DNA of 64,000 nucleotides from Escherichia coli (GTDB lineage Bacteria; Pseudomonadota; Gammaproteobacteria; Enterobacterales; Enterobacteriaceae): NCBI RefSeq assembly GCF_003790525.1, contig NZ_CP033635.1; one strand, 5' to 3'. Shown piece by piece: positions 63,202 to 64,000 of this stretch (position 1 is its first letter; each line of letters starts with the position of its first letter). The notes under the pieces were generated by a model. It saw only the letters and a program-made list of their open reading frames with translations, ran no database searches and was not told where the DNA came from. The position numbers and the translations under genes were made by a program.

Positions 63202-64000
63202 TTACTTACCGCCTAAACCTTTTTTCTCCAGTTCTTCTTTAAAGTTGTCACGCGTGATCAGTACCACGTCGGTAACTTCGGTAAATTTTGGCGGTTCAAC
63301 GTCTTTTGCTACCCAGTTGTAAAGCATTTCGCTGGATTTATAGCCATGTACGTCCGGGCTTGGCAGCAGGGAACCGTAGAAGCCGGTTGCCTGTGCTTTA
63401 GACAGTTCGCTCACCGCATCCACACCGTTAATGCCAATGCCGATGATATCGGCCGCTTTAAAGCCCTGACCTTCCGTCGCGCGTACGCCGCCCAGCACGG
63501 TGCTGTCGTTCATACCGACGATCAGCCAATGTTTAACTTCCGGATGTTGAACCAGCATTGAGTTGGCAGCGTCAAATGCCCCCGGGATGTCGTTAGATTT
63601 GGTAGGTACCTGATAAATTTGTTTTTCCGGGAATCCGGCCGCTTTCAGCGCATCCATAGATCCCGTAGTACGGCGGCGGGCGGTATCCAGTTCGTTGGCG
63701 GTAATCGCCATCACCGCGCTTTCTTTGACATCCCAGCCACGTTTCTGCATCTCTTTATACAGTTCCTGGCCCTGACGTTCGCCAATTTTAGTCGCCGCCA
63801 TCATCACCAGCGGAACGGTATCCATTGGCTTACCTTTGGCGTTAACAAACTGGTCATCCACGGCAATGACTTTCATATCGTAGCCACGCGCTTTCGCGAC
63901 GATGGCAGAGCCGAGTTTGGGGTCCGGAGTACAAATAACGAAACCTTTTGCGCCACTGGCAGCCAGGCTGTCGATCGCGTTCAATGTTTTTTCGCCATCC
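63202..64000 (-). CDS. araF: L-arabinose-binding periplasmic protein AraF, C-terminal part (gene continues past window end)
   Basis: Open reading frame to the window edge; periplasmic binding protein fold; stop at 63202. Confidence 0.85.
   Translation of the reverse strand, partial: DGEKTLNAIDSLAASGAKGFVICTPDPKLGSAIVAKARGYDMKVIAVDDQFVNAKGKPMDTVPLVMMAATKIGERQGQELYKEMQKRGWDVKESAVMAITANELDTARRRTTGSMDALKAAGFPEKQIYQVPTKSNDIPGAFDAANSMLVQHPEVKHWLIVGMNDSTVLGGVRATEGQGFKAADIIGIGINGVDAVSELSKAQATGFYGSLLPSPDVHGYKSSEMLYNWVAKDVEPPKFTEVTDVVLITRDNFKEELEKKGLGGK

Overview
The window is Escherichia coli-like chromosome in three parts. (1) Positions 1 to about 28840 are the right-hand ~29 kb of a lambda-like prophage, running off the left edge of the window inside the major tail gene V. 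The late genes (tail V/U/Z, head FII/E/D/C/B/W, terminase A/Nu1, cos, bor, Rz/Rz1, endolysin, putative holin) are all on the minus strand. Upstream of them lie a phage tRNA cluster (tRNA-Ile/Met CAU, tRNA-Arg UCU), a complete IS5 with 4-bp TTAG target duplication sitting 148 bp upstream of a prophage porin gene (NmpC/OmpC family), a Q antiterminator, a helicase/primase/HNH replication module, a cro/cI immunity region, an early-left operon of mostly unknown small genes, excisionase and integrase. The integrase-proximal junction abuts a 5-prime-truncated yecE, so the prophage is integrated in yecE. (2) Positions about 28840 to 42680 are core genes in K-12 order: yecN, cmoA, cmoB, torZ, torY, cutC, yecM, argS, flhE, flhA, flhB. 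(3) Positions about 45230 to 64000 are the core chemotaxis/motility cluster and neighbours: cheZ, cheY, cheB, cheR, tap, tar, cheW, cheA, motB, motA, flhC, flhD, uspC, otsA, otsB, araH, araG and partial araF. Between flhB and cheZ, which are adjacent in K-12 as I recall it, sits a ~2.5 kb AT-rich islet with two overlapping plus-strand genes: a Dgt-family dNTP triphosphohydrolase paralog with intact HD motifs, and a Pol-beta-type nucleotidyltransferase with a GG-x-VRD...DLD motif. I regard this pair as the best candidate for an undescribed system, probably a nucleotide-depletion anti-phage module with an accessory nucleotidyltransferase. All identifications rest on reading the translated ORFs and the DNA against remembered protein families and gene order; no database search was run.
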